A program made the translations under genes and the position numbers. From Lentihominibacter sp. (GTDB lineage Bacteria; Bacillota; Clostridia; Peptostreptococcales; Anaerovoracaceae), in the NCBI GenBank assembly GCA_051882895.1, contig JBJESR010000172.1:1-41294 (forward strand): a DNA stretch of 41,294 nucleotides, given 5' to 3'. The notes under the pieces are model-generated. The model made no database searches, was not told where the DNA came from, and saw only the letters and a program-made list of their open reading frames with translations. Positions 1 through 10,702 of this stretch are shown piece after piece; the first letter of the stretch is position 1, and each line of letters opens with the position of its first letter.

Positions 1-2
1 CC

Positions 3-461
3 GCAGATCAGGTTCATCAGTATATGGCTTTCTTCCGGTGTGAGAACTGTTTCAGGCTCAAGGAGAAAACGATACTCTTCATACTTTTCAGGAAGCGGCA
101 GTTTGTGCTTTTCATTAAACATTCTGTAATAAGTCAGCAGTCCCATGAGCTGTCTTTCGGAAATTTCTATTTTTGATGCGCCCAGCCCGCCGATAAGAGC
201 CTGTTCGACCATTTCAATTTCAGCCGGATCGCTGTCAAGGAGGCTTTTATATGTTTCAAGCCCCATTTCCTCACAATCAATGTAAAAGAACTGGTGAAAG
301 TCGGATAATTCATCACCGCAGGGGATTTTCCAGAAGGCATGAACAGCCAGAACCCCCATAAGACGTGTATCTGTCACATAGGCAGAAAGAAAAAATTTCG
401 GTCTTTTATCAATTGAAGCGGCAAGGCCGCCTTCTATAACAGTCAGTTTTGGTTTAGTCAA
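3..461 (-). CDS. Hypothetical protein, N-terminal part (runs off the left edge)
   Basis: Manual translation of the minus strand from TTG at 461, preceded by GAGGT: MTKPKLTVIEGGLAASIDKRPKFFLSAYVTDTRLMGVLAVHAFWK..., open to the window edge. Not in the ORF track. Confidence 0.7.
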   Translation of the reverse strand, partial: MTKPKLTVIEGGLAASIDKRPKFFLSAYVTDTRLMGVLAVHAFWKIPCGDELSDFHQFFYIDCEEMGLETYKSLLDSDPAEIEMVEQALIGGLGASKIEISERQLMGLLTYYRMFNEKHKLPLPEKYEEYRFLLEPETVLTPEESHILMNLIC

Positions 462-547
462 ATCACATACCTCTTTTTTTATACTACCTTGAGTATACCC
501 TATTTAAAAAAAAATACAAGAGGGCATAACTTTGTATTTTTCAGCTA

Positions 548-575
548 TTGACAGGGCGGTGAATTAAGATATAAT
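548..575 (+). promoter_or_regulatory. Sigma-A promoter for the S-box/metK operon
   Basis: TTGACA-N16-TATAAT just upstream of the riboswitch. Confidence 0.8.
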
Positions 576-597
576 AGAATAGTGAATTTAATAATAA

Positions 598-726
598 TCC
601 TTATTAAGAGCGGCGGAGGGAATAGGCCCTGTGAAGCCCGGCAACCTGCGTTGTTCTCTTTATACATCAGAGAGAACAGGTATAGGTGCTAAATCCTACA
701 GGATATTGTATTCTGAAAGATGAGGA
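598..726 (+). ncRNA. SAM-I (S-box) riboswitch
   Basis: CTTATTAAGAG-CGGCGGAGGGA..GGCCC..GAAGCCCGGCAACC...GGTGCTAAATCC...AAGATGAG follows the SAM-I consensus and lies upstream of metK. Confidence 0.95.
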
Positions 727-744
727 AAGATAACAGAAACTCGT

Positions 745-779
745 GCCTCTTTTGATTTCAGAAAGGGGCTTTAATTTTA
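745..779 (+). terminator. Riboswitch-controlled intrinsic terminator
   Basis: GCCTCTTTT/GAAAGGGGC hairpin followed by a T-rich tract. Confidence 0.75.
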
Positions 780-806
780 TGTAGTGTTATTAACGGAGGT
801 AAAAGA

Positions 807-1994
807 ATGAAACGATTATTCACATCAGAATCGGTGACTGAGGGTCATCCTGATAAAATATGTGACCAGATCTCAGATGCTATTGTTGATGCGATTCTTG
901 AGAAAGATCCTATGGGAAGAGTTGCAGCGGAAACCACTGCCAACACCGGTTATGCTATGGTCATGGGAGAGATAAGTACAGAATGCTATATTGACATACA
1001 GGAAATAGCCAGGAAAGTGATTTGTGACATAGGATATGACAGAAGCGAATATGGTTATGACGGGAATGTGTGTGCGATACTGACCGCAATAGATGAGCAG
1101 TCTCCGGATATTGCAATGGGTGTCGATAAAGCACTGGAATATAAAGACGGGGAGCTGCCTGATGAACTGGATCTCTCAGAAGAGACCGGTGCAGGAGATC
1201 AGGGAATGATGTTCGGGTTTGCATGCAATGAGACTCCGGAGCTTATGCCAATGCCTATCGCGCTGGCACACAAACTCGCCAGAAGACTTGCTCAGGTCAG
1301 AAAGGACGGTACTCTTTCCTATCTCAGACCTGACGGTAAAACTCAGGTTACAGTGGAATACGATGATGATAAAGTTACTAGAATTGATACTATCGTTATT
1401 TCAACACAGCATGATCCCGACGTTACTCTGGAGCAGATAAGAGAAGATCTGATGAATCATGTCATAAAACCTGTTGTTGATGCGGAGCTGCTTGATGATG
1501 AAACGAAATATTTTATTAATCCTACGGGAAGGTTCGTTATAGGAGGACCTCATGGCGATTCGGGTCTTACCGGCAGGAAGATAATTGTAGACACATACGG
1601 GGGCTATGCAAGACATGGAGGCGGAGCGTTCAGCGGCAAAGACCCTACGAAGGTAGACCGTTCAGCAGCGTATGCAGCAAGATATGTTGCCAAGAACCTG
1701 GTGGCTGCAGGGCTGGCAGATAAATGCGAGATACAGCTGGCATATGCGATAGGTGTTGCCAGACCGGTTTCGATTCTTGTCGATTCATTCGGAACAGGCA
1801 GGCTTGATGACGAAAAGCTTGCAGAAATCGTAGCGAAACATTTCGATCTGAGACCGGCATCCATAATAAGGCAGCTGGATCTGAGAAAGCCTATATACAG
1901 ACAGGTTGCTGCATACGGACATTTCGGCAGAACAGACATCGATCTGCCGTGGGAAAGAACGGATAAGGCTGAAGAACTGAGAAAGGAGATATAA
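807..1994 (+). CDS. metK: S-adenosylmethionine synthetase
   Basis: [19 protein letters not shown] and GGGAFSGKD motifs; GGAGG RBS. Confidence 0.99.
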   Translation: MKRLFTSESVTEGHPDKICDQISDAIVDAILEKDPMGRVAAETTANTGYAMVMGEISTECYIDIQEIARKVICDIGYDRSEYGYDGNVCAILTAIDEQSPDIAMGVDKALEYKDGELPDELDLSEETGAGDQGMMFGFACNETPELMPMPIALAHKLARRLAQVRKDGTLSYLRPDGKTQVTVEYDDDKVTRIDTIVISTQHDPDVTLEQIREDLMNHVIKPVVDAELLDDETKYFINPTGRFVIGGPHGDSGLTGRKIIVDTYGGYARHGGGAFSGKDPTKVDRSAAYAARYVAKNLVAAGLADKCEIQLAYAIGVARPVSILVDSFGTGRLDDEKLAEIVAKHFDLRPASIIRQLDLRKPIYRQVAAYGHFGRTDIDLPWERTDKAEELRKEI

Positions 1995-1995
1995 T

Positions 1996-3312
1996 ATGGG
2001 ACTCAAGGTCGCTAAATTCGGTGGCTCATCGGTTGCCGACGCATTACAGATAAACAAGATAAAAAACATTATAGCTGATGATGAGGACATAAGATACGTT
2101 GTTGTTTCGGCACCTGGCAAAAGGTTCAGCGAAGACAGCAAGATCACGGATCTGCTGTATCTGTGTAAGACACATATCGAGCACAAGCTGCCGTATCAGC
2201 AGATATTTCAGGTTATATGTGACAGATTCATGGCGGTAAAAGTCAATCTTGGTGTAGATGTGGATCTTAATGCTGAATTTTCGGTTATCAGGGAAAATCT
2301 TGAAGCTGGTGCGTCAGCAGATTACATAGCAAGTCGTGGTGAATATCTTAATGCCAGACTTATTGCAGCCTTTCTGGGATTTGATTTCGTAGATGCTGCA
2401 TCGATGATCAGATTTGACGAAAAAGGTAAATTCATGGAGGATCTCACCAATACAACTATCAGGAAAGAACTTTCGAAGCATGAGAAAGCTGTGGTACCAG
2501 GTTTCTATGGAGCGAAAATAGACGGGAACGTGAAGACTTTCTCCAGAGGAGGTTCTGATATTACCGGTGCACTTATTGCCCGGGCAATGGAAGCTGATGT
2601 ATATGAAAACTGGACAGATGTATCGGGATTCCTCATGGCGGATCCGAGAATTGTCAAAGATCCTAAGCCGATAAGCAGTATATCTTATAAAGAACTGAGA
2701 GAGCTTTCATACATGGGAGCATCAGTGCTTCATGAAGATGCAATTTATCCTGCAAGAATAGCAAACATACCGATCAATATCAGAAATACCAATAAACCTG
2801 AAGATCCGGGAACGATGATAACAGCAGAACCTGCCAAGCTTGAAGACGGGCAGATAATAAGCGGAATAGCAGGAAGCAAGGGCTACACGGTAGTCAACGT
2901 ATATAAAACCGGACTGAGCAACGAGAAGGGGTTCCTCCGAAGAATGGCAGGCGTGCTGGAGGACAATGATATTACCATCGAACATATTCCCAGCGGCATA
3001 GATACAGTCTCCGCGGTGCTTTCGGATAAAGCTATCGACGGCCGTCTTGATGAAATTGTGGAGTCACTGCAGCAGATGCTGAAGCCTGACCATATAGACA
3101 CATCAGATAATATGGCTCTTATTGCAACTGTAGGTATGGGAATGTCTTCAAGACTTGGTGTATCTGCAACTCTCTTTACCGCTCTCGCACAGGCAGGCGT
3201 GAATGTCAGAATGATCGACCAGGGTTCAAGTGAAATGAACATTATCGTAGGAGTAGAAAACAAAGACTTCGAAACTGCTATCAAGGCGATATACAATGCC
3301 TTCGTGAAATAG
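1996..3312 (+). CDS. lysC: Aspartate kinase
   Basis: KFGGSS, VVSAPG, SRGGSD and WTDV motifs; C-terminal ACT domains. Confidence 0.93.
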   Translation: MGLKVAKFGGSSVADALQINKIKNIIADDEDIRYVVVSAPGKRFSEDSKITDLLYLCKTHIEHKLPYQQIFQVICDRFMAVKVNLGVDVDLNAEFSVIRENLEAGASADYIASRGEYLNARLIAAFLGFDFVDAASMIRFDEKGKFMEDLTNTTIRKELSKHEKAVVPGFYGAKIDGNVKTFSRGGSDITGALIARAMEADVYENWTDVSGFLMADPRIVKDPKPISSISYKELRELSYMGASVLHEDAIYPARIANIPINIRNTNKPEDPGTMITAEPAKLEDGQIISGIAGSKGYTVVNVYKTGLSNEKGFLRRMAGVLEDNDITIEHIPSGIDTVSAVLSDKAIDGRLDEIVESLQQMLKPDHIDTSDNMALIATVGMGMSSRLGVSATLFTALAQAGVNVRMIDQGSSEMNIIVGVENKDFETAIKAIYNAFVK

Positions 3313-3321
3313 GAGGAAAGC

Positions 3322-4281
3322 GTGTTTGTTAATGAGGTAATACTTATATGTTATGTAGCTGGACTGTTACTGGGGGTTTCCGGACTGACGGTGGCATTCC
3401 TCGCAGGCAGGAAGAAAAAAGATGCTCTGAATAATGCGTTCGTGCTGTTTTTCGCTGGAATGCTTGTGATATGCTGCTATGACATGATTATTTATTACTG
3501 TGACTATGTTATAGGTGTTCTGAGCAATCTGAAGGTGCTTAGAATAGGAAACTGCATAATTGCCGGGACAATGCTCCTCTGGGTTAATCTGCAGAGCCGT
3601 ATCGTGGAAAGAGAAGCGCTGAAGCTGCTGGATGGTCTGGTAAAGAAGTATCTCGTATTCTATATGGCGATGTGGATGCTGCTTACAGTGTTCCTCAGGA
3701 TAGAACATTTCTATACGCTGAAATGGCTTCTGCTGGCAACGGATGTGATACTTATTGTAGCCTTCATGGCATCCGCAGTTGCCCGTGTGATTTATGCCGC
3801 CGCCGCCGGCATGAAAATAGAACTGTATTATATGATACTGGTGACAGCAATGCTGCTGTGGAACTACATATCGTATTTCTGGGGAGAGACCTCTGTGTAC
3901 TGGGGGAACAGCAGGTTTATCAGAGAGCCTCTTGATCTGACGATTGTTTTCTGGCTTATTATTAATGCCGGTTCGCTGTTTTTTGCATATCATAAAACCT
4001 TTATCACTGTGCTTGACAGAGATGAGGAGGGGGTGTCGGACAGACGTACATTAAAGGATCGGATAAACGATGTGTGTGAACAGTATAAGCTTACTCCCAG
4101 GGAAAGAGAACTTATGGAGCTTATCTATGCAGGAATGAGCAACAAGGAGATTGCCGAAACTCTCTTTCTGTCAGAAAGCACGGTCAAGACACATATTTAT
4201 AATATTTTCAGAAAGCTGGAAGTTAAAAACAGAGTAGGTGTTATCTGCATTATAAATGGAGATACAGATAAAACAGAATAA
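3322..4281 (+). CDS. Membrane-anchored LuxR-family transcriptional regulator
   Basis: About 6-7 hydrophobic segments, then a LuxR HTH (LTPRERE...GMSNKEIAETLFLSESTVKTHIYNIFRKL); GGAGG then GTG start. Confidence 0.9.
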   Translation: MFVNEVILICYVAGLLLGVSGLTVAFLAGRKKKDALNNAFVLFFAGMLVICCYDMIIYYCDYVIGVLSNLKVLRIGNCIIAGTMLLWVNLQSRIVEREALKLLDGLVKKYLVFYMAMWMLLTVFLRIEHFYTLKWLLLATDVILIVAFMASAVARVIYAAAAGMKIELYYMILVTAMLLWNYISYFWGETSVYWGNSRFIREPLDLTIVFWLIINAGSLFFAYHKTFITVLDRDEEGVSDRRTLKDRINDVCEQYKLTPRERELMELIYAGMSNKEIAETLFLSESTVKTHIYNIFRKLEVKNRVGVICIINGDTDKTE

Positions 4282-4288
4282 TCATATG

Positions 4289-4324
4289 AAATGGCATCAG
4301 CTAAGCAGCCGATGCCATTTTTTT
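4289..4324. terminator. Probable terminator between convergent genes
   Basis: AAATGGCATC...GATGCCATTT stem followed by a T run; overlaps the last codons of the TM2 gene. Confidence 0.7.
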
Positions 4325-4615
4325 AATTTCTTCATAGTTTCTTTCCTGAGTAAATCGGATGCTGTACCCGATGTCAACCAGCCACCATACCCCGAATGTC
4401 AGAAGAAGCATAGCCAGCTTGCACAGAAATACTTTAACCCCTGACTGATACAGTCTGTCTATTGCCAGAATCCCCAGAACGATTGACAGAATCAGTGTGA
4501 TTTTCGGGTTTCTGAACCTGACCTTCTGAAGTAATCCTTCGTTCTGTTCAATAATAGCTCTGGCCTCCTCCTCGTGCTCTTTCCCTACGAGATAACTTAA
4601 ATTGCTTACATCCAT
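4301..4615 (-). CDS. TM2-domain small membrane protein
   Basis: LSIVLGILAIDRLY...LLTFGVWWLVD resembles the TM2 pattern; AGGAGG RBS on the minus strand. Confidence 0.8.
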   Translation of the reverse strand: MDVSNLSYLVGKEHEEEARAIIEQNEGLLQKVRFRNPKITLILSIVLGILAIDRLYQSGVKVFLCKLAMLLLTFGVWWLVDIGYSIRFTQERNYEEIKKMASAA

Positions 4616-4767
4616 GACAGTCTACCTCCTGAATCATATAAGTATATAATCTGCATTAATTGAGCTTATAAAAAGAATATCAGAAATAAGTGAGAGGGTA
4701 ACTAGACATAGAGTAGTAAATGCTTAACTATAAAAGTATTAAAAAAACAGACCGGGCTGAAATGGGG

Positions 4768-4849
4768 TAGTACCTGAGTGCTAGACGGGAAGGTACAGTG
4801 AAAATAGTACTTTTACCCGATTGTTAAGAATTTTGCGGATACATATTAT
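4768..4849 (+). promoter_or_regulatory. Putative nhaC promoter with upstream TAGTAC boxes
   Basis: TAGTAC-N4-GTGCTA near-palindrome (4768-4783), second TAGTAC at 4805, then TTGTTA-N17-TATTAT (4821-4849). Confidence 0.45.
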
Positions 4850-4907
4850 GTGAAGTGTATTTTATTGTTTCCTTTTATTTCACATTTTATGCAAGGAGGA
4901 ATTTATT

Positions 4908-6398
4908 ATGGGTAAGAAGATTCCTATGTGGCAGTGTCTTCTCGTAATGGTAGTGCTTCTGCTGCTGCTGTTCTGGGGTATTATGATCGACACTGATGCC
5001 GCAGAAGGTCATGTGGCTCTGATCCTGGCAGGAGCTTTCGCAGCTGTTATCGCATCGTTCAACGGATGGAAATGGCAGGTGATGGAACAGGGCATCCTGG
5101 CAGCAATAAACAGATCAATGCAGGCAATGCTGATACTCGCTGTCGTAGGTCTGATGCTGGCTTCCTGGCTTGTCGGCGGAGTTATACCTTCTATGATGTA
5201 TTATGGCATTAAAGTTATCGCACCTTCTATCTTCCTGTTTACAGCATGTCTTCTGTGCTGCATAGTTTCGCTGGCCACAGGTTCTTCCTGGTCAACAGCA
5301 GGTTCAATGGGTGTTGCCCTGATCGGTGTGGGTACAGCTCTTGGATTTCCTGTGTACATGACGGCAGGAGCTGTTGTATCAGGAGCATATTTCGGAGATA
5401 AAATGTCTCCTCTTTCGGATACGACCAATCTGGCACCTGCAGTTGCAGGTTCAAATCTGTTTGACCACATCAAGCATATGATCTGGACTACAGGCCCGTC
5501 GCTGTGCATTGCTCTTATCGTTTATCTTATCCTGGGATTCTTCGGAGATCATTCGGGCAATGCAGATACAGAAACAATTGATATAATACTGGGATTCATC
5601 AGTGACAGCTTTGATGTGGGAATACTGTATCTTATTCCTCCGGTGTTTGTAATCGTGGCTGTTGCCATGAAATTCCCGGCTCTTCCATCTCTTATAGGTG
5701 GAGTTGTTCTCGGAGTACCTTTTATGGCTATGCAGACATCACATACGGGTCTGACTTTAAAATCAGTGCCTTCTCTTCTGAATTATGGATTTGAAGCATC
5801 TGTTCCTGAAGATGCACCGGCAGTTCTGCAGGAGGTTGGAGGGCTCCTTTCCAATGGCGGAATGCAGGGAATGATGTGGACGATTTCTCTGATAATGTGT
5901 GCGATGGTATTCGGCGGTATAGTTGACTGCACCGGAATAATGGGAACAATATCCGGGGCTCTGCTGAAACTGGCAAGGGGAACCAGAGGAGGCCTTGTAA
6001 CAGTTACTATCTTTTCATGTATTATTGTCAATGCGCTCTGTTCAGACCAGTATCTTGCAATCATACTGCCTGGAAGAATGTATAAGGAAGCTTTTGAAGA
6101 CAGAAAGCTTAAGGCAAAAAATCTTTCAAGGTGTCTGGAGGATTCGGGTACTCTTACTTCAAACTTTATACCGTGGAACACCTGCGGAGCAACAATGAGC
6201 AGTTTCCTCAAGTGCCCTCAGTGGGGCGCAGGTGGATATGCACCGTTTGCAGTACTTAACTGGGTTAACCCTCTTGTATCAATCTTTTATGGATTTTCCG
6301 GAATATCAATGGAAGAGATGACGGATGAAGAGTATCAGAAAATACTTGAGGAAAGAAAAGCTGAGAAGGAAGCTGCAGAAAAAGCTATGGAAGCTTAA
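4908..6398 (+). CDS. nhaC: NhaC-family Na+/H+ antiporter or amino-acid transporter
   Basis: GSSWST, SGAYFGDKMSPLSDTTNLA, LEDSGT and PWN motifs; multiple TM helices. Confidence 0.9.
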   Translation: MGKKIPMWQCLLVMVVLLLLLFWGIMIDTDAAEGHVALILAGAFAAVIASFNGWKWQVMEQGILAAINRSMQAMLILAVVGLMLASWLVGGVIPSMMYYGIKVIAPSIFLFTACLLCCIVSLATGSSWSTAGSMGVALIGVGTALGFPVYMTAGAVVSGAYFGDKMSPLSDTTNLAPAVAGSNLFDHIKHMIWTTGPSLCIALIVYLILGFFGDHSGNADTETIDIILGFISDSFDVGILYLIPPVFVIVAVAMKFPALPSLIGGVVLGVPFMAMQTSHTGLTLKSVPSLLNYGFEASVPEDAPAVLQEVGGLLSNGGMQGMMWTISLIMCAMVFGGIVDCTGIMGTISGALLKLARGTRGGLVTVTIFSCIIVNALCSDQYLAIILPGRMYKEAFEDRKLKAKNLSRCLEDSGTLTSNFIPWNTCGATMSSFLKCPQWGAGGYAPFAVLNWVNPLVSIFYGFSGISMEEMTDEEYQKILEERKAEKEAAEKAMEA

Positions 6399-6423
6399 TC
6401 GCCTCCTTAACTGAATAAGTAAC

Positions 6424-6456
6424 CTCAAAAACCCGGTCACCACCCGGGTTTTTGAG
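6424..6456. terminator. Intrinsic terminator after nhaC
   Basis: Perfect 13-bp stem CTCAAAAACCCGG/CCGGGTTTTTGAG. Confidence 0.85.
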
Positions 6457-6585
6457 TGTATTTCAGAAATATGAATGATAATTCACATTCTATTTGTTAT
6501 AATTCGTATTTCATTTTGAAATCAAATCATGTATACTATTATATTAGATTATTAGGCTTTCAAACGCTTTACATGGACTGGAGGA

Positions 6586-7878
6586 ATGTTTTTTATGGGT
6601 AGCGGTATGACCGCCGACATTATTGCCATTATTATTCTGATAATCTGCTCTGCGTATTTTTCGGCGACAGAGACGGCATTTACATCAGCTAACAGGATAA
6701 AGCTCAAGAACATGGCCGGTGATGGAGATAAAAAAGCTGAACGAGTTCTTGTTCTGTCAGAAAAATACGATAAGCTGCTTACCACGATTCTGATAGGAAA
6801 CAATATCGTGAATATCGGGATGACTTCTATAGCTACCGTACTGTTTATAGAACTGTTCGGATCGTACGGTGCAACGGTGGCAACAGTGGTGATTACTGTA
6901 ATCGTACTGATATTCGGTGAAATAACACCAAAGAACATCGCAAAAGAAAAGCCGGAGGGGTTTGCCATGGCAGTGGCCCCTTTCATAAAAATTCTGATGA
7001 CGATTTTAACACCTGTTAACTTTATCTTCACAAAATGGAAACAATTAGTTGCTAAAATATTCAGGCTGGACACTGATAATACAATTACCGGTGATGAGAT
7101 ACTCACTATGGTTGAAGAAGCAGAAGAAGTCGGGGGAATTGATGAGACTCAGAGTGAACTGCTGCAGAATGCCATTGAATTCTATGATCTGAATGCAGAG
7201 GATGTCATGACGCCGCGTCCTGAAATGAAGGCAATTGACATTGAATGCCCGGAAGATGAAGTGGCTGAAATATTCAGGCAGACAGGACTTTCAAGGCTTC
7301 CGGTGTATGAAGAAGATATCGACAAGATAATCGGGGTGCTCAATCAGAAGGATTTTCATAACTATATAGCAGGTACCGGCAAGAGCATAAGTGATTATGT
7401 GGTTCCGGTAGTATTCGTGGGTACAGTTATGAAAATATCTGATCTCCTCAGGAAGATGCAGCATCTCAAAATACACATGGCTATAGTGATAGACGAATAC
7501 GGTGGTACAGAGGGTCTTGTGACCATGGAGGATATAATAGAAGAACTCGTAGGCGAGATATTTGATGAGCATGATGCTGTTATATCCAAGGACATAATGC
7601 CTCTGCAGAACGGGAGCTTCAGGGTCAAATGCAGTGCCAATATCAATAAAGTATTTGACTATTTTGAACTTGAGGAAGTCCCTGATGTTGTTACTGTCAA
7701 TGGATGGGTCGTAATGGAGCTGGACAAGCTTCCGCAGAGAAACGATAAATTTGAAACTGTAATTGAGAACAAAAAGCTGAAAGTCAGAGTTACCAAGGCC
7801 GACAGCAGAAAGGCGCTGGAAATAAATCTGGCGGTAGAAGAAATTGAAGAAGAGAATTCCAGGAAAGGGGAAAGATAA
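6586..7878 (+). CDS. HlyC/CorC (CNNM-CBS) family transporter
   Basis: FSATETAF, LIGNN, FGEITPK, SRLPVY and DEYGGTEGLVTMEDIIEELVGEI motifs. Confidence 0.92.
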   Translation: MFFMGSGMTADIIAIIILIICSAYFSATETAFTSANRIKLKNMAGDGDKKAERVLVLSEKYDKLLTTILIGNNIVNIGMTSIATVLFIELFGSYGATVATVVITVIVLIFGEITPKNIAKEKPEGFAMAVAPFIKILMTILTPVNFIFTKWKQLVAKIFRLDTDNTITGDEILTMVEEAEEVGGIDETQSELLQNAIEFYDLNAEDVMTPRPEMKAIDIECPEDEVAEIFRQTGLSRLPVYEEDIDKIIGVLNQKDFHNYIAGTGKSISDYVVPVVFVGTVMKISDLLRKMQHLKIHMAIVIDEYGGTEGLVTMEDIIEELVGEIFDEHDAVISKDIMPLQNGSFRVKCSANINKVFDYFELEEVPDVVTVNGWVVMELDKLPQRNDKFETVIENKKLKVRVTKADSRKALEINLAVEEIEEENSRKGER

Positions 7879-10635
7879 ATGGGTTTATTAGAAAAAATAT
7901 TCGGTGACCTTAATGAAAAAGAAGTAAAAAAAGTATCAAAAATTGCCGATAAGGTTATGGCATATGATGAGCAGATGCAGCAGCTTACAGATGAAGAACT
8001 GCGAGGCAAAACGGCAGAGTTCAAAGAGAGGATCAAAGAAGGTGAGACTCTTGACGATATACTGCCGGAAGCATTTGCCGTATGCAGAGAGGGTGCGTGG
8101 AGAAGCCTGGGCATGAAGCATTTCTATGTGCAGGTAATTGGAGGCATAGTGCTTCATCAGGGCAGAATCTCAGAAATGAAAACCGGTGAAGGTAAAACTC
8201 TCGTCGCTACACTTCCGGCATATCTCAATGCCCTCGAAGGTAAGGGTGTTCATATCGTTACAGTCAATGATTATCTGGCAAAGCGAGATATGGAATGGAT
8301 GGGCAAACTCTATACCTTCCTGGGACTTTCAGTTGGATGTGTAATTCATGGAATCAGTGAAGAAGAGAGGAGAGCTGCCTATCAGGCGGATATCACATAC
8401 GGAACCAATAATGAATACGGATTTGATTATCTCAGAGATAACATGGTAATCTACAAAGAAGATATGATGCAGAGAGAACTCAATTATGCCATCATAGACG
8501 AGGTTGACTCAATTCTTATAGATGAAGCCCGAACACCGCTCATTATTTCAGGCAGGGGTGATAAATCCACTGATATGTATAAGAAAGCAGACGGATTTGT
8601 CAGAACTCTGAGAGTGGAAGAAGATTTCACCATTGAGGAGAAAGATAAACAGATCGCCCTAACAGATGAAGGTGTTGCCAAGTGTGAACAGTATTTCGGA
8701 GTTGATAATTTTTCTGATCCCGAGAATATGGAGATAAACCATCACGTTCTGCAGGCTCTTAAGGCCAGAAACATGATGAAGCGTGATGTTGACTATATTA
8801 TTAAAGACGGTGAGGTTGTTATAGTTGACGAATTCACAGGAAGACTGATGTTCGGAAGACGTTACAGCGACGGACTGCATCAGGCTATCGAAGCCAAAGA
8901 GAATGTCCTTGTGCGCTCGGAATCCAAAACGCTGGCTACGATCACTTTACAGAATTACTTCAGAATGTATCAGAAGCTTGCCGGAATGACAGGTACAGCC
9001 AAGACTGAAGAGAGTGAATTCAGAGATATTTATAATATGGATGTTGTAGTAATACCTACAAATAAACCTGTTGTGAGAGACGACATGCAGGATGCGGTAT
9101 ATGCTACAGAAAAAGGAAAATACAAATCGATTGTGGATACGGTCGAAGAAGCCCATAAGACAGGACAGCCTGTTCTTGTCGGTACTGTATCCATTGAGAA
9201 ATCTGAGATAATTGCAAATGCATTGAGAAAACGGGGCATCAAAAACTTTAATGTGCTGAATGCCAAGCACCATGAGAAGGAGGCCCAGATAATCGCAGAG
9301 GCAGGCCGTCTCGGTGCAATTACTATCGCAACCAATATGGCCGGTAGAGGTACGGATATCATCCTGGGCGGAAATCCTGAATTTGAAGCCAAGAGGGAAA
9401 TGGCAGCGAATGGATATGACAGCGAGACTATAGCTTTCGCAACAAGCTTTGTGCAGAGCGATGATCCTGAGCTCAACAAGGCAAGAGAGGAATTCCAGAG
9501 ACTGCATTCGAAATACAAGGAAGAAAGAAAAGAAGAACAGGAAAAGGTACGTGAACTGGGAGGCCTCTGCATTGTAGGTACAGAAAGACATGAATCAAGA
9601 CGTATAGACAATCAGCTGCGAGGCCGTTCAGGAAGACAGGGAGATCCGGGAAGAACACAGTTCTGCATTTCCATGGAAGATGAACTTATGAGACTCTTCG
9701 GCGGCGAAAGAATGCAGAATATAGTCCAGAAGCTTGGTGTGGCAGAGGATGAAGCCATTGAAGCAGGAATGATAACGAAGCAGATAGAAAATGCCCAGAA
9801 AAAGGTCGAAGGCCGGAACTTCGGAATCAGAAAATATGTTCTCCAGTACGATAATGTAATGAACAAGCAGCGTGAGATAATTTACGGGGAACGAAAGAAA
9901 GTACTGTTCGGTGAAGACCTTAGAGAAGATCTGGTATCAATGACACATCAGCTGATAGATGAAGTTGTTGACCCTGTGGTTATCGCATCCAGATTTCCTG
10001 AAGAATGGGATTTTGAAACCATCAATAAAGGTCTGAGGAGGATAACTCCTAAATTCAGTGATATCTCTTTCACAGAAGACGAGATGCATGGACTGGATGA
10101 GGAAAAGCTCAAAGAAAAACTGTACGACGATTTCGAAAAGCTTTATCAGGACAAAGAAGAGGAAATCGGCATCGACAAGCTGCGTGAAGTTGAAAGAATG
10201 ATACTCATCAGAGTTGTAGACAACAAATGGATGGATCATATTGACGCTATGGACCAGCTCAAGAGCGGTATCGGTCTCAGAGGTCTCGGAGGACAGGATC
10301 CGGCGGCAGCATATGCACAGGAAGGCTTTGATATGTTTGAGCTGATGATAAACTCTATTAAAGAGGAATTCGTTAAATTCTGCTATAATGTCACCGTTGA
10401 AACAAGAACTGAGAGAAAGAACATCCTTGGAACAGGTGAGGGCAGGAAGGATGAATATCACGATGAAGATATACCTGGTGCAGGCGGTGGTGAAATGCCG
10501 CAGCAGACAGCAGTTCCTGAAAGAGAACGTAAACAGGAGCCTGTCAGAAGGGATGCCCCGAAAATAGGAAGAAATGATCCGTGCCCATGCGGCAGCGGCA
10601 AGAAATATAAGCATTGCTGCGGCAGAAATGCCTAA
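7879..10635 (+). CDS. secA: Preprotein translocase ATPase SecA
   Basis: [50 protein letters not shown] and C-terminal [13 protein letters not shown]. Confidence 0.99.
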   Translation: MGLLEKIFGDLNEKEVKKVSKIADKVMAYDEQMQQLTDEELRGKTAEFKERIKEGETLDDILPEAFAVCREGAWRSLGMKHFYVQVIGGIVLHQGRISEMKTGEGKTLVATLPAYLNALEGKGVHIVTVNDYLAKRDMEWMGKLYTFLGLSVGCVIHGISEEERRAAYQADITYGTNNEYGFDYLRDNMVIYKEDMMQRELNYAIIDEVDSILIDEARTPLIISGRGDKSTDMYKKADGFVRTLRVEEDFTIEEKDKQIALTDEGVAKCEQYFGVDNFSDPENMEINHHVLQALKARNMMKRDVDYIIKDGEVVIVDEFTGRLMFGRRYSDGLHQAIEAKENVLVRSESKTLATITLQNYFRMYQKLAGMTGTAKTEESEFRDIYNMDVVVIPTNKPVVRDDMQDAVYATEKGKYKSIVDTVEEAHKTGQPVLVGTVSIEKSEIIANALRKRGIKNFNVLNAKHHEKEAQIIAEAGRLGAITIATNMAGRGTDIILGGNPEFEAKREMAANGYDSETIAFATSFVQSDDPELNKAREEFQRLHSKYKEERKEEQEKVRELGGLCIVGTERHESRRIDNQLRGRSGRQGDPGRTQFCISMEDELMRLFGGERMQNIVQKLGVAEDEAIEAGMITKQIENAQKKVEGRNFGIRKYVLQYDNVMNKQREIIYGERKKVLFGEDLREDLVSMTHQLIDEVVDPVVIASRFPEEWDFETINKGLRRITPKFSDISFTEDEMHGLDEEKLKEKLYDDFEKLYQDKEEEIGIDKLREVERMILIRVVDNKWMDHIDAMDQLKSGIGLRGLGGQDPAAAYAQEGFDMFELMINSIKEEFVKFCYNVTVETRTERKNILGTGEGRKDEYHDEDIPGAGGGEMPQQTAVPERERKQEPVRRDAPKIGRNDPCPCGSGKKYKHCCGRNA

Positions 10636-10702
10636 GCAATATAGCCGGTCAGCTGCATATGGCAGTTACAGGTGAAGGATAAATAATAAAGGAAGTGAAG
10701 AA

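Noticed and set aside
6516-6527. TTTGAAATCAAA as a second FabT site upstream of the corC-like gene
   Set aside because: Spacing is one base shorter than the TTTGAnnnTCAAA core and the context is AT-rich
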